DNA of 64,000 nt from Candidatus Krumholzibacteriota bacterium (GTDB lineage Bacteria; Krumholzibacteriota; Krumholzibacteriia; JAJRXK01), in assembly GCA_963764625.1 (NCBI GenBank), contig CAVXTH010000005.1, positions 192,001 to 256,000 on the forward strand, in the 5' to 3' direction. Of this stretch, positions 43,857 through 53,391 are shown one piece after another. The notes below the pieces were generated by a model. That model ran no database searches. It had not been told where the DNA came from and saw only the letters and a program-made list of their open reading frames with translations. The translations under genes and the position numbers were made by a program. Position 1 is the stretch's first letter, and every line of letters starts with the position of its first letter.

Positions 43857-45884
43857 TCAGAGCAAGTGCTGAGGATCGACATCGAGCGCGAGATCCACTT
43901 TCGAGCGGCCTTTTCCCGCGCTTGAGAGCTCGGCCAAGAGTTCGCCCAGCACCCGCTTCCCTTCCGCGCTCAAATTGCCCTTGAGCAGAATCTGCCCGCG
44001 AAATCGCCGATTGATGCGCGGCAGCGCGGCGCGCGCCGGCCCCAGGATCTCCACCTTGCTGGAGCGGAGAAGTCTGGCCAGCCGACGGGCGAGCTTCGCC
44101 AGGCAGGCGTCGAGTCCTTCCTCACTCGCGGCGCTCACCAGAATGGCGCTGAGCCGCTTGACCGGCGGATAGCCCAGGAGTTGGCGCTGCTCCAATTCCT
44201 CGGCGAGGAACCCTTCCACGTCGTGGCCGAGCACGCGGCGCAGCACCCGGTGGTCGGGATCGTAGGTCTGGAGAATCACGCGGCCCGGCGAGGTCCTGCC
44301 ACTCCGGCCAGCAACCTGGGTCAGCAGTTGGAACGCGCGTTCGTGGGCGCGCAGGTCGGGGAAATGAAGCCCTGAGTCGGCGCTGATGACGCCCACCACC
44401 CGCACCCGTGGAAAGTGCAGGCCCTTGGCCACCATCTGCGTGCCCAGCAGGATATCGGCATCGCCACGTCCGAATTGCTCGAGAATCTCCTGGTGTCCCC
44501 GTTTGGTGGAGCTCGTATCCTGATCCAGCCGCAGGATTCGCGCCTCGGGGAAACGGGATTGCAGCGCCAATTCCACCCTTTGCGTGCCCGTGCCGTGCGG
44601 CCGTAGAACTTTCTTCCCGCAATCCGGGCAGCTCTCCGGCCGGCGGCGGCGATGACCGCAGTAGTGACAGCGCAACAGATCGCTCTTCAGGTGCCAGGTC
44701 AGCGAGATGTCGCACGAGGGACAGGTCTCGACGTGTCCGCACGCATGACACTGCAAGAAGCGGGCGAAACCACGCCGATTGTGCAACAGGATGGCCTGCT
44801 CCTTGTCGTTCAGCACCTCCTGAAGTGCTTCGGCGAGCCGGGTTCCCAGAGGAGCGTCGCCGCCCTCTTCCCTCAGTCGAAGATCGACGATTTCCACTCT
44901 TGGCAAATCCACCATGCCCATGCGCGAAGGCAGGACGAGGCGCCGATGCTTGCCCGACCGGGCATTGTAGTAACTCTCGAGGCTGGGGGTGGCCGAACCC
45001 AGGACGATGGGAATTGAGGCCAGCCGCGCGCGCATCAGGACGAGGTCACGCGCATGGTATCGCGGTCGATCGTCGGCCTTGTAGCTGGAGTCATGTTCTT
45101 CGTCGACCACGATCAATCCCAGGTTCTTCAAGGGAACGAACGCGCTGCTGCGCGCTCCCACCACGATCGAGATCTGTCCGGTCGCGGCGGCTTCCCACAC
45201 GGCGCAACGTTCTCCGTGACTCAGACGGGAGTGGTACGGCGCCACCCTCCCGGGAAACCTCGCCCGCAATCGGCGCAGCGTCTGGGGCGTGAGCGCAATC
45301 TCGGGCAACAGGACCAGGGCGGACTTGCCCATGTCGAGTGCGCGCTGAATCGCTTGCAGGTAGACCTCGGTCTTTCCACTGCCGGTGACCCCGTGCAACA
45401 GGAAGCTCTCGTACTCCTGGCGTTTTAGGGCCTGAAGGACATGGCCCAGTGCCTCCTCCTGGGCTTCCGAGAGCCGGTGGGGCGTCTGGGAGATCGAGTC
45501 GTCCGCCTTCAGAGGAGACTTGCGGGCGGAGGTGCCCGGCCGGGGAGGAAAGAACAGCGCCAGGGCCTCGCCGAGGGAACAGGCGTAGTACGAAGCGATC
45601 CAGCTGCCCAAGGACATCGCCACCGGGTCGAGGCGATAGGCTTCCCCCAGCTCCCCTTTGAGCTCCTTGAGGGCCGCAACTTGCGGCCTCTCCGTGCTCA
45701 GGGAGGTCACTACTCCGACCCGTTCACGCCGGCCGAAGGGGACGCGCACCACGCAGCCGGGCGCGAGCGATTCGAGCAGCTCCGCCGGCACGCCATAACT
45801 GAAGGTCTGCGGTAGCGGGAGGGCGAGCGCCACCTCGCAGTAGCGAGCGTGGGGACTCTCCTTCCGGCTGGTCTTTGGCTCCAT
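43857..45884 (-). CDS. priA: primosomal protein N'
   Basis: GVTGSGKTEVY, VDEEHD, two CxxC Zn-finger pairs, GTQMVAKG, QVAGRSGR. Confidence 0.97.
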   Translation of the reverse strand: MEPKTSRKESPHARYCEVALALPLPQTFSYGVPAELLESLAPGCVVRVPFGRRERVGVVTSLSTERPQVAALKELKGELGEAYRLDPVAMSLGSWIASYYACSLGEALALFFPPRPGTSARKSPLKADDSISQTPHRLSEAQEEALGHVLQALKRQEYESFLLHGVTGSGKTEVYLQAIQRALDMGKSALVLLPEIALTPQTLRRLRARFPGRVAPYHSRLSHGERCAVWEAAATGQISIVVGARSSAFVPLKNLGLIVVDEEHDSSYKADDRPRYHARDLVLMRARLASIPIVLGSATPSLESYYNARSGKHRRLVLPSRMGMVDLPRVEIVDLRLREEGGDAPLGTRLAEALQEVLNDKEQAILLHNRRGFARFLQCHACGHVETCPSCDISLTWHLKSDLLRCHYCGHRRRRPESCPDCGKKVLRPHGTGTQRVELALQSRFPEARILRLDQDTSSTKRGHQEILEQFGRGDADILLGTQMVAKGLHFPRVRVVGVISADSGLHFPDLRAHERAFQLLTQVAGRSGRTSPGRVILQTYDPDHRVLRRVLGHDVEGFLAEELEQRQLLGYPPVKRLSAILVSAASEEGLDACLAKLARRLARLLRSSKVEILGPARAALPRINRRFRGQILLKGNLSAEGKRVLGELLAELSSAGKGRSKVDLALDVDPQHLL

Positions 45885-45923
45885 GGCCACAGTATAGACC
45901 CCACAGCCCGAGGGGTCGAAGCT

Positions 45924-46301
45924 CTAGGCCTTCGGGGTCGGAGCCAAAAACCTCAGGACGAGCTCAGCCAGCTTGTTGGGGCTGAAGGGCTTGGTGAGAT
46001 AGACGTCGCAGTTCACCTCTTCGCCCCTCTGCCGGTCGGCTTCCTTGTCCCGAGCCGTCAACAGGAAGACCGGTATGTGCTTGGTCTCGTCCTTGGCCTT
46101 GATGGCCCGGCACACTTCGAAGCCATCCAGTTTGGGCATCATCACGTCCAGGACGATCAGATCGGGCATCAAGTCGAGCGCTTTCTGAAGCGCCTGTTCT
46201 CCGTCCGCGACCGTGAAGACCTCGAAGCCTTCGCTGCTCAGAGAGAACTCCAAGATGTTGCGGATATAGAGTTCATCATCCACGACGAGAATCTTTCTCA
46301 T
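45924..46301 (-). CDS. single-domain response regulator
   Basis: ILVVDDE, LDVMMPKLDG, LTA, KPF; ATGA overlap with upstream kinase. Confidence 0.92.
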   Translation of the reverse strand: MRKILVVDDELYIRNILEFSLSSEGFEVFTVADGEQALQKALDLMPDLIVLDVMMPKLDGFEVCRAIKAKDETKHIPVFLLTARDKEADRQRGEEVNCDVYLTKPFSPNKLAELVLRFLAPTPKA

Positions 46302-48694
46302 CTCTGCACGTCCTCCTCCACCCTGCCGTCGGCTGCACCAACCAGCATGGGATGCTCGGTCTGCTTCTCCGCCTCCAGGGCGGATTCGTGTCTGCGGTTC
46401 AAGAGCGTTCGGAACGCGCCTTCGCGTTCCGCGATTGCTTGCAGGAAATAAAGGCCGAGCTCGGGGCAAAAGCGCCGGCCGAGGGCTTCCTTCAGAAGAG
46501 CGGTGGCCTCGTCGAAGTCCAGGGGAGGCCGACCCGGCCGGCCGTGAACCATGGCGCTGAACGCGTCGACGAGTCGAATGATCCTAGCTCCCCGCGGGAT
46601 GGCCGACCCCTCCATGGCATCGGGGTAGCCACTGCCGTCCCAATTTTCGTGGTGGTGATAGAGCATGGCTTCCACCGTGCCGTCCACCTCGAGCCCGCGC
46701 GCGAGCTGGGCGCCTCGCCGTGAGTGCTCGCGAATGCGCGTCTGATCGGCGGCACTCAGAGGGGTTGCCTTCGCAAGAACGCCCTCATCGACGGTTGAAA
46801 GCCCCAGGTCGTAGATGCGCAGTGCATAGCTGAGCGAACGAATCTCGGATTCCTCGGCGCCCGCAGCCCGCGCGGTCTGAAGTCCACACCGCGCGATGAT
46901 TTCTCGCAGGGCGGTGCGTCGATGACGGCTCAAGTCGACGGTGGCGCGAAAAGCCTCCCGGGCCTGCGCCATGTGATCGTGGCTCTCCTCGAAGCTCTCG
47001 TAACTCGCCCAGGCTCGTTCGATGCGCAGAGCCAACGCTTCCAGCAAAAGCCGATCCTCTTCGTCGAAGGTGCGACTCTCGCTCTGGTTGTTGACGTTGA
47101 GGACTCCCACGACTTTCTTGCGGTCGAAGATGGGAACGCTGAGCACTCCGTAGCCCTGGTATTGCTCCTCGTTCACTTCGGTGGCGAAATTCCCCTCGCG
47201 TCTGAGGTCCTCCAGAAGCAGCGCTTTCCCGCTCGAGAAGACCCTCCCCGCCACGCCTTCTCCGGGAATCACGCGCGTATCGCGAACCACTTCCTCGTCC
47301 AGACCCACTGCGGCCTGAATCCGCAGGCAGCGCTCCCTCTCGTCGTAGGTCATGATGGAAGCGATGCCGCACCCCATGAGCTCGGCCACCAGAGCCACCG
47401 AAGCGTCCAGGAGCCCCAAGAGTTCGGCGCGGATGTCCCGGTGGGTCCTCCGGGTCACCGCGTTGCGAAGGACGGCTCGGCGCCGGGGAAGGTTCACGCA
47501 GAAGCGTGCGCCCCCGCCCTCGCCGCGTTCCACCCAGATGCGCCCGTTGTGATCACTGACGATTTGTTGACACAGAGAAAGTCCCAGTCCTTGCCCTCCG
47601 TGCGTGCGCGTGGAAGACTGGTCCACTTGATAGAATCGGTCGAAGACGCGACTGGTCTCGCCCTCGGGCACTCCATCGCCGGTGTCCTCCACCTCCAGGG
47701 CAATGGCTCCCTCGACCTCGCGCAAGCTGATGGTCACGAGCCCATCGGAGGGAGAAAACTTGATCGCGTTTTCCAAGAGTTCGAGCACTACCTGGGCGAG
47801 GGCTTCCCGGTCGCCTTCGCAGAATACGCTCGCCGACGGAAGTTGCGCGTGGCACCGCAGCGACTTCTCCCGGCACAGAGGGCCCATTCGCGAGACCGCC
47901 TCGCGGACCATTTCAGCGAAGTCGAACTTCTCTCGGCGCTTGCTGTCGGCCGGATGTTCCCTTCGCGCCACCGCCAGGAGGTCCTCCACCCGGTCGTGAA
48001 GCTTTCGGCTCTCCTCGAGAATCACCTGCAGGAACTCGGCCTTGAGTTGTTCGTCCATCGTGCCGTGCTGGGCCAGAAGCCCCTCGCAGTAGGCCTGAAT
48101 CGAGGTAAGGGGAGTGCGCAGCTCGTGACTGATGCCATCCAAGAATTCTTCCTGTTGGGTCTCGAGCTCCTCGACTCTGCGTTGATATCCGGAGAGTTCG
48201 CGCACGCTCTTGCTCAACTCTTCGTTGCGGTTCATGCTTTCCAGCGCGAGGGAAGCCTGTTCCGCCAGACGCTCTCCGAGGCGTAACTCCTCCTGAGCCG
48301 GCAGACCCTTACTCTCAAATTCGGTGAGCTGAATCATCCCCAGGATCGACTGGTCGCTTCCCAGGAAGGGGAAGTAAAGTTGGAAGCCCTTGCCGGCCTC
48401 CCTATTCTTCCCGGGAACGAGATAGCAGAGTCCGTTGCGATTCTCCTCGGCGAGGATCGCCTCGAGCTGGGTGGGGGCAAGATCGCCGCCCCACGATTCC
48501 TCGCGGGGACGTCCGCTCGCCGCCCAGACCTCGAGCAGCCCGGTGACTGGTTCCCGCAGGCGCAAGCACGCGGCCGCAAATCCCAGAGTTTCGCGGAACG
48601 AGCTCGTAACGCGTCCCACGAGCGCCTTGCGGTCACGGCAGCGCAGAAAACTGGCCGTCGCTTCGAGTAGACGGTCTACTTCCGCCGCACCCAC
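46298..48694 (-). CDS. soluble GAF-HisKA-HATPase-GAF-HD-GYP(degenerate) hybrid
   Basis: SHELRTPLTSI, ENAIKF, DTGDG, GQGLGL; GAF; YDLG replaces HD, HHENWDGSGYP retained. Confidence 0.88.
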   Translation of the reverse strand: MGAAEVDRLLEATASFLRCRDRKALVGRVTSSFRETLGFAAACLRLREPVTGLLEVWAASGRPREESWGGDLAPTQLEAILAEENRNGLCYLVPGKNREAGKGFQLYFPFLGSDQSILGMIQLTEFESKGLPAQEELRLGERLAEQASLALESMNRNEELSKSVRELSGYQRRVEELETQQEEFLDGISHELRTPLTSIQAYCEGLLAQHGTMDEQLKAEFLQVILEESRKLHDRVEDLLAVARREHPADSKRREKFDFAEMVREAVSRMGPLCREKSLRCHAQLPSASVFCEGDREALAQVVLELLENAIKFSPSDGLVTISLREVEGAIALEVEDTGDGVPEGETSRVFDRFYQVDQSSTRTHGGQGLGLSLCQQIVSDHNGRIWVERGEGGGARFCVNLPRRRAVLRNAVTRRTHRDIRAELLGLLDASVALVAELMGCGIASIMTYDERERCLRIQAAVGLDEEVVRDTRVIPGEGVAGRVFSSGKALLLEDLRREGNFATEVNEEQYQGYGVLSVPIFDRKKVVGVLNVNNQSESRTFDEEDRLLLEALALRIERAWASYESFEESHDHMAQAREAFRATVDLSRHRRTALREIIARCGLQTARAAGAEESEIRSLSYALRIYDLGLSTVDEGVLAKATPLSAADQTRIREHSRRGAQLARGLEVDGTVEAMLYHHHENWDGSGYPDAMEGSAIPRGARIIRLVDAFSAMVHGRPGRPPLDFDEATALLKEALGRRFCPELGLYFLQAIAEREGAFRTLLNRRHESALEAEKQTEHPMLVGAADGRVEEDVQR

Positions 48695-48697
48695 GGT

Positions 48698-49081
48698 TCA
48701 GTCCACCCTGCGGGCGCTGAGTAGACCCTCGACCTGGTCGAGGAGAGATGAGATCTGGAAGGGTTTCCGGACGAAGAGATCGGCTCCGGCGGCAAGAGCT
48801 TCCTCGCGGTCGGAGGAGCGCGTCTTGGCCGTGAGCGCCACGATCAACAACCCCTTGTGCTGCGCGTTGCTTCGCAAGAGGCGGATGGTCTCGAGGCCGT
48901 CGAGCTTGGGCATCATGATGTCCATGAGAATGGCGTCGGGTGCGAAGGTGGAGACCTTGTTCATGCACTCCACGCCATCCTCGGCGCGAGCGACAATATA
49001 GCCTTCGTTCTCCAGCGAGAAGCTCAAGACCCTCGCCAGAGGTTCTTCGTCCTCTACGACAAGGATGCGGGGCGTAACCAT
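48698..49081 (-). CDS. single-domain response regulator
   Basis: ILVVEDE, MDIMMPKLDG, LTA, KPF; AGGAGG SD. Confidence 0.92.
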   Translation of the reverse strand: MVTPRILVVEDEEPLARVLSFSLENEGYIVARAEDGVECMNKVSTFAPDAILMDIMMPKLDGLETIRLLRSNAQHKGLLIVALTAKTRSSDREEALAAGADLFVRKPFQISSLLDQVEGLLSARRVD

Positions 49082-52000
49082 CGCTCCCCCTCCTTCAGTC
49101 TTTCCCAGCTGAGACGATCGAGCGCGCCATTTTCCAACAGGACATCCAAGAAAATTCGTACCACTTCCGCGTCAAATTGCGAGCCCGCGTTCTGAACCAG
49201 TTCCTCGGCCGCTTCGGCCGGTGTCAGGGTCACGCGATACGCTCGCAGAGAGGTCATCGACTCATAGGCGTCCACCACGGAGACGATTCTCGCGGGCAGG
49301 GGAATGTGTTCCCCTTTGAGTCCGTGCGGATACCCCGATCCGTCCACCCTCTCGTGGTGGTAGCGCACGATCTCTTCCAGCTCGTTCGCGCTCATGAAGG
49401 GCTCCAACATCTCCACCCCGATCGCGGGGTGGGAGCGCAATTCCTCGCGCTCATCCTCGCTGAGCGGTCCGCGCTTGCGGATGATGTCCTCTTTCAGTCT
49501 AGTCATGCCCACATCGTGGATGACGAATGCGTACTGCAGGGCAAGGACCTGTTGGCGGGTGAGTCCTAGTCGGCAGCCCAGGTCCATGGCGTATCGCACC
49601 GACCGCGGAGAAGTCCGCACTTCAGAAGCGTGCAGCTCGACGAGCGACTGCAGGGCGTCGACGGTTCGATCGAGCGTGCCCTTGCTGTTCTCGTAGGCCA
49701 AAGCCTTCGCCAGCGCGACCGTCACCTTCTCGGTCAACGTGATCAGAAGGCTCAGGTCGTCGGCGTAGAATGAATCGCCGGTGACCTTGTTGTTGCAATT
49801 GACCACCCCGATGACTTCCCCGTTCATGAACAGAGGCACGCTGACCAAGGAGTTGGTGTCGTACTGATCGGTGTGACTACGCGATTCCAGTCCTTCGGTG
49901 TCGGCCACGTTGTCGATGAGAAGAGGCCGCCCACTCGCCACGACGCGTCCCGCGATCCCTTCGCCAACCCTCACTCGCGCGTCCTTCACGATCGCCTCTT
50001 CCAGTCCATACGCAATCTGCACGAAGAGCTCGGAGCGATCCTTCGAGAGCAGCATGACGGATACGATCTTACAATCCATGTAGTCGGCGACCATGCGAAC
50101 CAAGAGCTGCACGAGTCGCTCGAATTCCGCGCTTCGCGTCACCTCGCCGAGCACGGTTTCCGGCTGACTGTTGACGTGGTGCTCCTTGGGAATCGTGAAA
50201 CTGAAGGCGGCGCCCTTGCCGTAGCCTCCGTCCACGTTCACTTTCCCTCCGTGCGCGGTCACGATGTTGCGCACGATGGAGAGTCCCAAACCCGTTCCCT
50301 CACTGCGCTCGATTCCGTCGCCGTAGTCCCGCACGCGATAGAACTGGTTGAAGATTTTCTGAACCTCGTCCTCCGGAATGCCGGGGCCCATGTCGCGCAC
50401 CGTGACGTTGATGGAGGTGGCGACCTCTTCCGCGCTGACAGTGATCGTGCTGTTCTTGGGGCTGAACTTCAGGGCGTTGCTCAAGAGGTTCAGCATGACC
50501 TGCTTCATTAAGTCGCGATCGACTTCGATCCGGGGGAGGCTCGCGGGCAGGTCCAAATTAACCCGCACGTCCGTCTTTTCCAATTCGGGCCGCAGTGTCG
50601 CGAGCACCTCATCGAGCATGTCCTCCAGCTGACAATGGTGCCGCTGGAGCACGCGCTGATTGAATTCGATCTTGGAGTAGTCGAGGATGCGATTGACCAT
50701 TCTGAGTAGACGATCCGCCTCGGATCGAATCACGCCCAAGAACTCGCGACGCTCGGGAAATTCGGCGCGATCCGCCGCGAGAAGCAGCGCGTCTGTGTAG
50801 GCGCCAATGCTGGTCAGGGGGGTCTTGAGTTCGTGACTCGCCATGCTCACGAACTCCGCCTGCATCTTGTTGAGGCGGTCCAGATTCTCGTTCTCCGAAT
50901 GCAGATTGGTGATCTCGCCGCGCAAACGGGTCAGTCGAGACTCGGCGACCAGGAGCGGCTTGAGTTGAGTTGCGAGTCGCAGGAGATGCAAGACCACGTC
51001 GTTGCGTCGTTTCACCGGATGGCTCAGACCGGTGAGAAGCACGACCACGGCCTTGCCGCTCTGGCTCACCGGAGTGGCGAGATAGATATCCGCGCCGTCG
51101 AAATTGCCGAAGAGCCCATCGCTCTGCAGCAGCGAAAACGGACCCTCCCAGAGATCTCCCGTCTCTCCGAAGCGCAGGCTCTTGAAGAAATCACTCTTCT
51201 CGGTGTGAAACTCGCTCCAGGTCGGAATGACCTGGCGGCGCGTGATGCTCACTGCGCGTTGCCTGGTCAGGCCCTCGTGCCAATCGCTTCCCGGTCGGCC
51301 TCCCACCGTATCGTCCCCCGCCGGGAAGACGATCGCCGCCGCGAAACACACGCTGGGATGCGTGGTGAGATTCTGGACGACTTCCTCCAGGAGGTCCTCC
51401 GGGCCCACGCTCTCGACCTCTTCCAGCCTCAGGTCCTGAACGTCCCCCGTCCTGAAGCTCTGGATCCGGAAGCGTCCTTGCCGGAAACCGTCGCGGAAGA
51501 ACCCGAAATTGGGTCGGAAGCGATAGATCGTGAATACGATCAGGCTCAACACCGCGGCGATCATGAGCCCGATCCCGAGCGCGACGTCAGGAGTGCGGAA
51601 GAGAGCGTCGACTTCGGGCGGATAGACCGTGGTGTGCGGGATGCTCCCCGCGTTCTCCATCGCCACGAGCGCGAGGAATCCGACCGTCGTTCCGGCTACG
51701 ACTCCGTAGCTCTGTTTCGTGTCGTCCGTCATCGCGGTGCTCAGGATGGCGGGGAGCGCGAGCATGAAGAGGAAGGGGCTACTGGTCAGACCGGTGAAAT
51801 CGACCAGCAGAAGGGTCGTGATGACGTCGGCCGTGATCCAGGACAAGAAGAGCAGTTTGGAGCCTTCCACCCCACGCTCGTGCAGCAGATGTCGCCGGCC
51901 CGCGTGCCAGAAGAAGAAATTCCACACGAAGGCGAGGGCGAATATGATGGCGACCGGTCTGGCGTCGAAGTGAATGTAACTCAGCTCGCGAGCGGAAAAG

Positions 52001-52089
52001 ACGATGAGCGCGGTGATCGACAACTCTACCCAGCGAACGTTTCTCACCAGGTAGCGAAAGCTGGAATAACTCTGTCGAAGCGTCTTCAT
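49054..52089 (-). CDS. membrane-bound (about 6 TM) HisKA-HATPase-GAF-HD-GYP hybrid
   Basis: Hydrophobic N-terminus; SHELKTPLTSI, NLLSNALKF, DMGPG, GTGLGL; GAF; HDVG, HHERVDGSGYP. Confidence 0.88.
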   Translation of the reverse strand: MKTLRQSYSSFRYLVRNVRWVELSITALIVFSARELSYIHFDARPVAIIFALAFVWNFFFWHAGRRHLLHERGVEGSKLLFLSWITADVITTLLLVDFTGLTSSPFLFMLALPAILSTAMTDDTKQSYGVVAGTTVGFLALVAMENAGSIPHTTVYPPEVDALFRTPDVALGIGLMIAAVLSLIVFTIYRFRPNFGFFRDGFRQGRFRIQSFRTGDVQDLRLEEVESVGPEDLLEEVVQNLTTHPSVCFAAAIVFPAGDDTVGGRPGSDWHEGLTRQRAVSITRRQVIPTWSEFHTEKSDFFKSLRFGETGDLWEGPFSLLQSDGLFGNFDGADIYLATPVSQSGKAVVVLLTGLSHPVKRRNDVVLHLLRLATQLKPLLVAESRLTRLRGEITNLHSENENLDRLNKMQAEFVSMASHELKTPLTSIGAYTDALLLAADRAEFPERREFLGVIRSEADRLLRMVNRILDYSKIEFNQRVLQRHHCQLEDMLDEVLATLRPELEKTDVRVNLDLPASLPRIEVDRDLMKQVMLNLLSNALKFSPKNSTITVSAEEVATSINVTVRDMGPGIPEDEVQKIFNQFYRVRDYGDGIERSEGTGLGLSIVRNIVTAHGGKVNVDGGYGKGAAFSFTIPKEHHVNSQPETVLGEVTRSAEFERLVQLLVRMVADYMDCKIVSVMLLSKDRSELFVQIAYGLEEAIVKDARVRVGEGIAGRVVASGRPLLIDNVADTEGLESRSHTDQYDTNSLVSVPLFMNGEVIGVVNCNNKVTGDSFYADDLSLLITLTEKVTVALAKALAYENSKGTLDRTVDALQSLVELHASEVRTSPRSVRYAMDLGCRLGLTRQQVLALQYAFVIHDVGMTRLKEDIIRKRGPLSEDEREELRSHPAIGVEMLEPFMSANELEEIVRYHHERVDGSGYPHGLKGEHIPLPARIVSVVDAYESMTSLRAYRVTLTPAEAAEELVQNAGSQFDAEVVRIFLDVLLENGALDRLSWERLKEGERWLRPASLS

Positions 52090-52129
52090 TTTCCGCCTAC
52101 TTCTTGCCCCGTCCGCGCAAAGCCGCGCG

Positions 52130-53107
52130 TCAGGAGATCAACTCTTCCGTGCCCATACCCGTCGTTTCCGCCTCGGATTCATGAGTGCGTCGTTCCTTGA
52201 CCACGACGCTTCCCTTGAGGGATTTGCCGTACTTCTTGAGTTCGGCCGCGACGTCGCTCACCTTGGCCCAGTGTTTGAAGGTGCCCCCGGAATCGATCAC
52301 CATCGCCAGCGTGATGGTACAGAAGGGAACCACGTTCGCTCCACCGAAGCGGTTACGAACCTCGAGATGACCTCGTTCGAGATCCTCCGCGTCCAGGAGC
52401 GAGTGGCTGTTCGCGTCGAAATCGTCGACGATCCCCTGCGCGACCGCATCGGCGACAGTGGGTGAACTGATGACCACGAAGTCGTCTCCACCGATATGGC
52501 CGATGAAGTCGTCTTCGTTTCCCAAGCGCTGACTCGTCTGCCGAATGATGTCCGACACGAAGCGGATGGCCTGGTCACCGCGCGAGTAGCCGTAGTGATC
52601 GTTGTAGCCCTTGAAGTTGTCGATATCGATGTACATGAACGCGAACGGCTGCGTGGTCATGATGCGCCGCTGCAGCTCGCTCTCGATGGCCTGGTTTCCC
52701 GGCAATCCGGTCAGCGGGTTCGCTTGGCGCTGAGCCCGGCTCCAGTCGAGCATGTTGCGCACTCGGGTCACCAACTCATCGTGATCGTAGGGCTTGGTGA
52801 GATAGTCGTTGGCTCCCCCGCGCAGACCGCGAACTTTTTCGCGCACGTCTCCCTTCGCGGTCACGATGATGATGGGGATCTGGGCTGTCTTGAAGTCCTC
52901 ACGCAGGTGCTGGCACACCTCGTAGCCGTCCATCTTGGGCATCATGAGGTCCAGGAGTATCAGGTCGGGCAGCTCGTTGCGCGCGACCTCGAGCGCGCGT
53001 TCCCCATTTTCGGCGGTGACGATGGAGAAACCGTTTTGTTCGAGAAGAAAAGCCAGGATCTTCCTGATGTGGGGTTCGTCGTCGACGACGAGAATGCTTT
53101 CTTTCAC
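52130..53107 (-). CDS. REC-GGDEF diguanylate cyclase-like protein
   Basis: REC domain; NPLTGLPGN, DIDNFK.YND.YG...GD, HIGGDDF. Confidence 0.9.
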   Translation of the reverse strand: MKESILVVDDEPHIRKILAFLLEQNGFSIVTAENGERALEVARNELPDLILLDLMMPKMDGYEVCQHLREDFKTAQIPIIIVTAKGDVREKVRGLRGGANDYLTKPYDHDELVTRVRNMLDWSRAQRQANPLTGLPGNQAIESELQRRIMTTQPFAFMYIDIDNFKGYNDHYGYSRGDQAIRFVSDIIRQTSQRLGNEDDFIGHIGGDDFVVISSPTVADAVAQGIVDDFDANSHSLLDAEDLERGHLEVRNRFGGANVVPFCTITLAMVIDSGGTFKHWAKVSDVAAELKKYGKSLKGSVVVKERRTHESEAETTGMGTEELIS

Positions 53108-53311
53108 GACCGGCCCTTCTGGATGTCTTGCAGGATGTCACGGCCGCCCGTGCGGGCGAAGAAGGCCACGAGCCAACCCTTTTTCCCGTCGATCCGTCGT
53201 AAGTGGCAATTTGCCAACAGATTCGGGAAACAAGCCCGTGAAACCATTCTGGTCGACCGCGCGCGGATCCGAGCTCGATCCGTACCCACGGCCATGATCC
53301 ATCGGGGGCCT

Positions 53312-53327
53312 TGCAGGTTACTTGCCA
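53312..53327 (-). promoter_or_regulatory. sigma54 (-24/-12)-like promoter
   Basis: TGGCAAGTAACCTGCA, GG-N10-GC spacing, in the tsaD-GGDEF intergenic region. Confidence 0.45.
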
Positions 53328-53391
53328 TATCCGAGGGGAAGCTGACAGTCCGTATAAAGACTGAATGAGGTTCAGTTTGCCTCGGAGCGGA

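Noticed and set aside
53335-53390. GGCAAAC-containing stem upstream of the GGDEF gene as a c-di-GMP-I riboswitch
   Set aside because: Lacks the GNRA tetraloop and GACGCAAAGC/receptor elements; only a short match.
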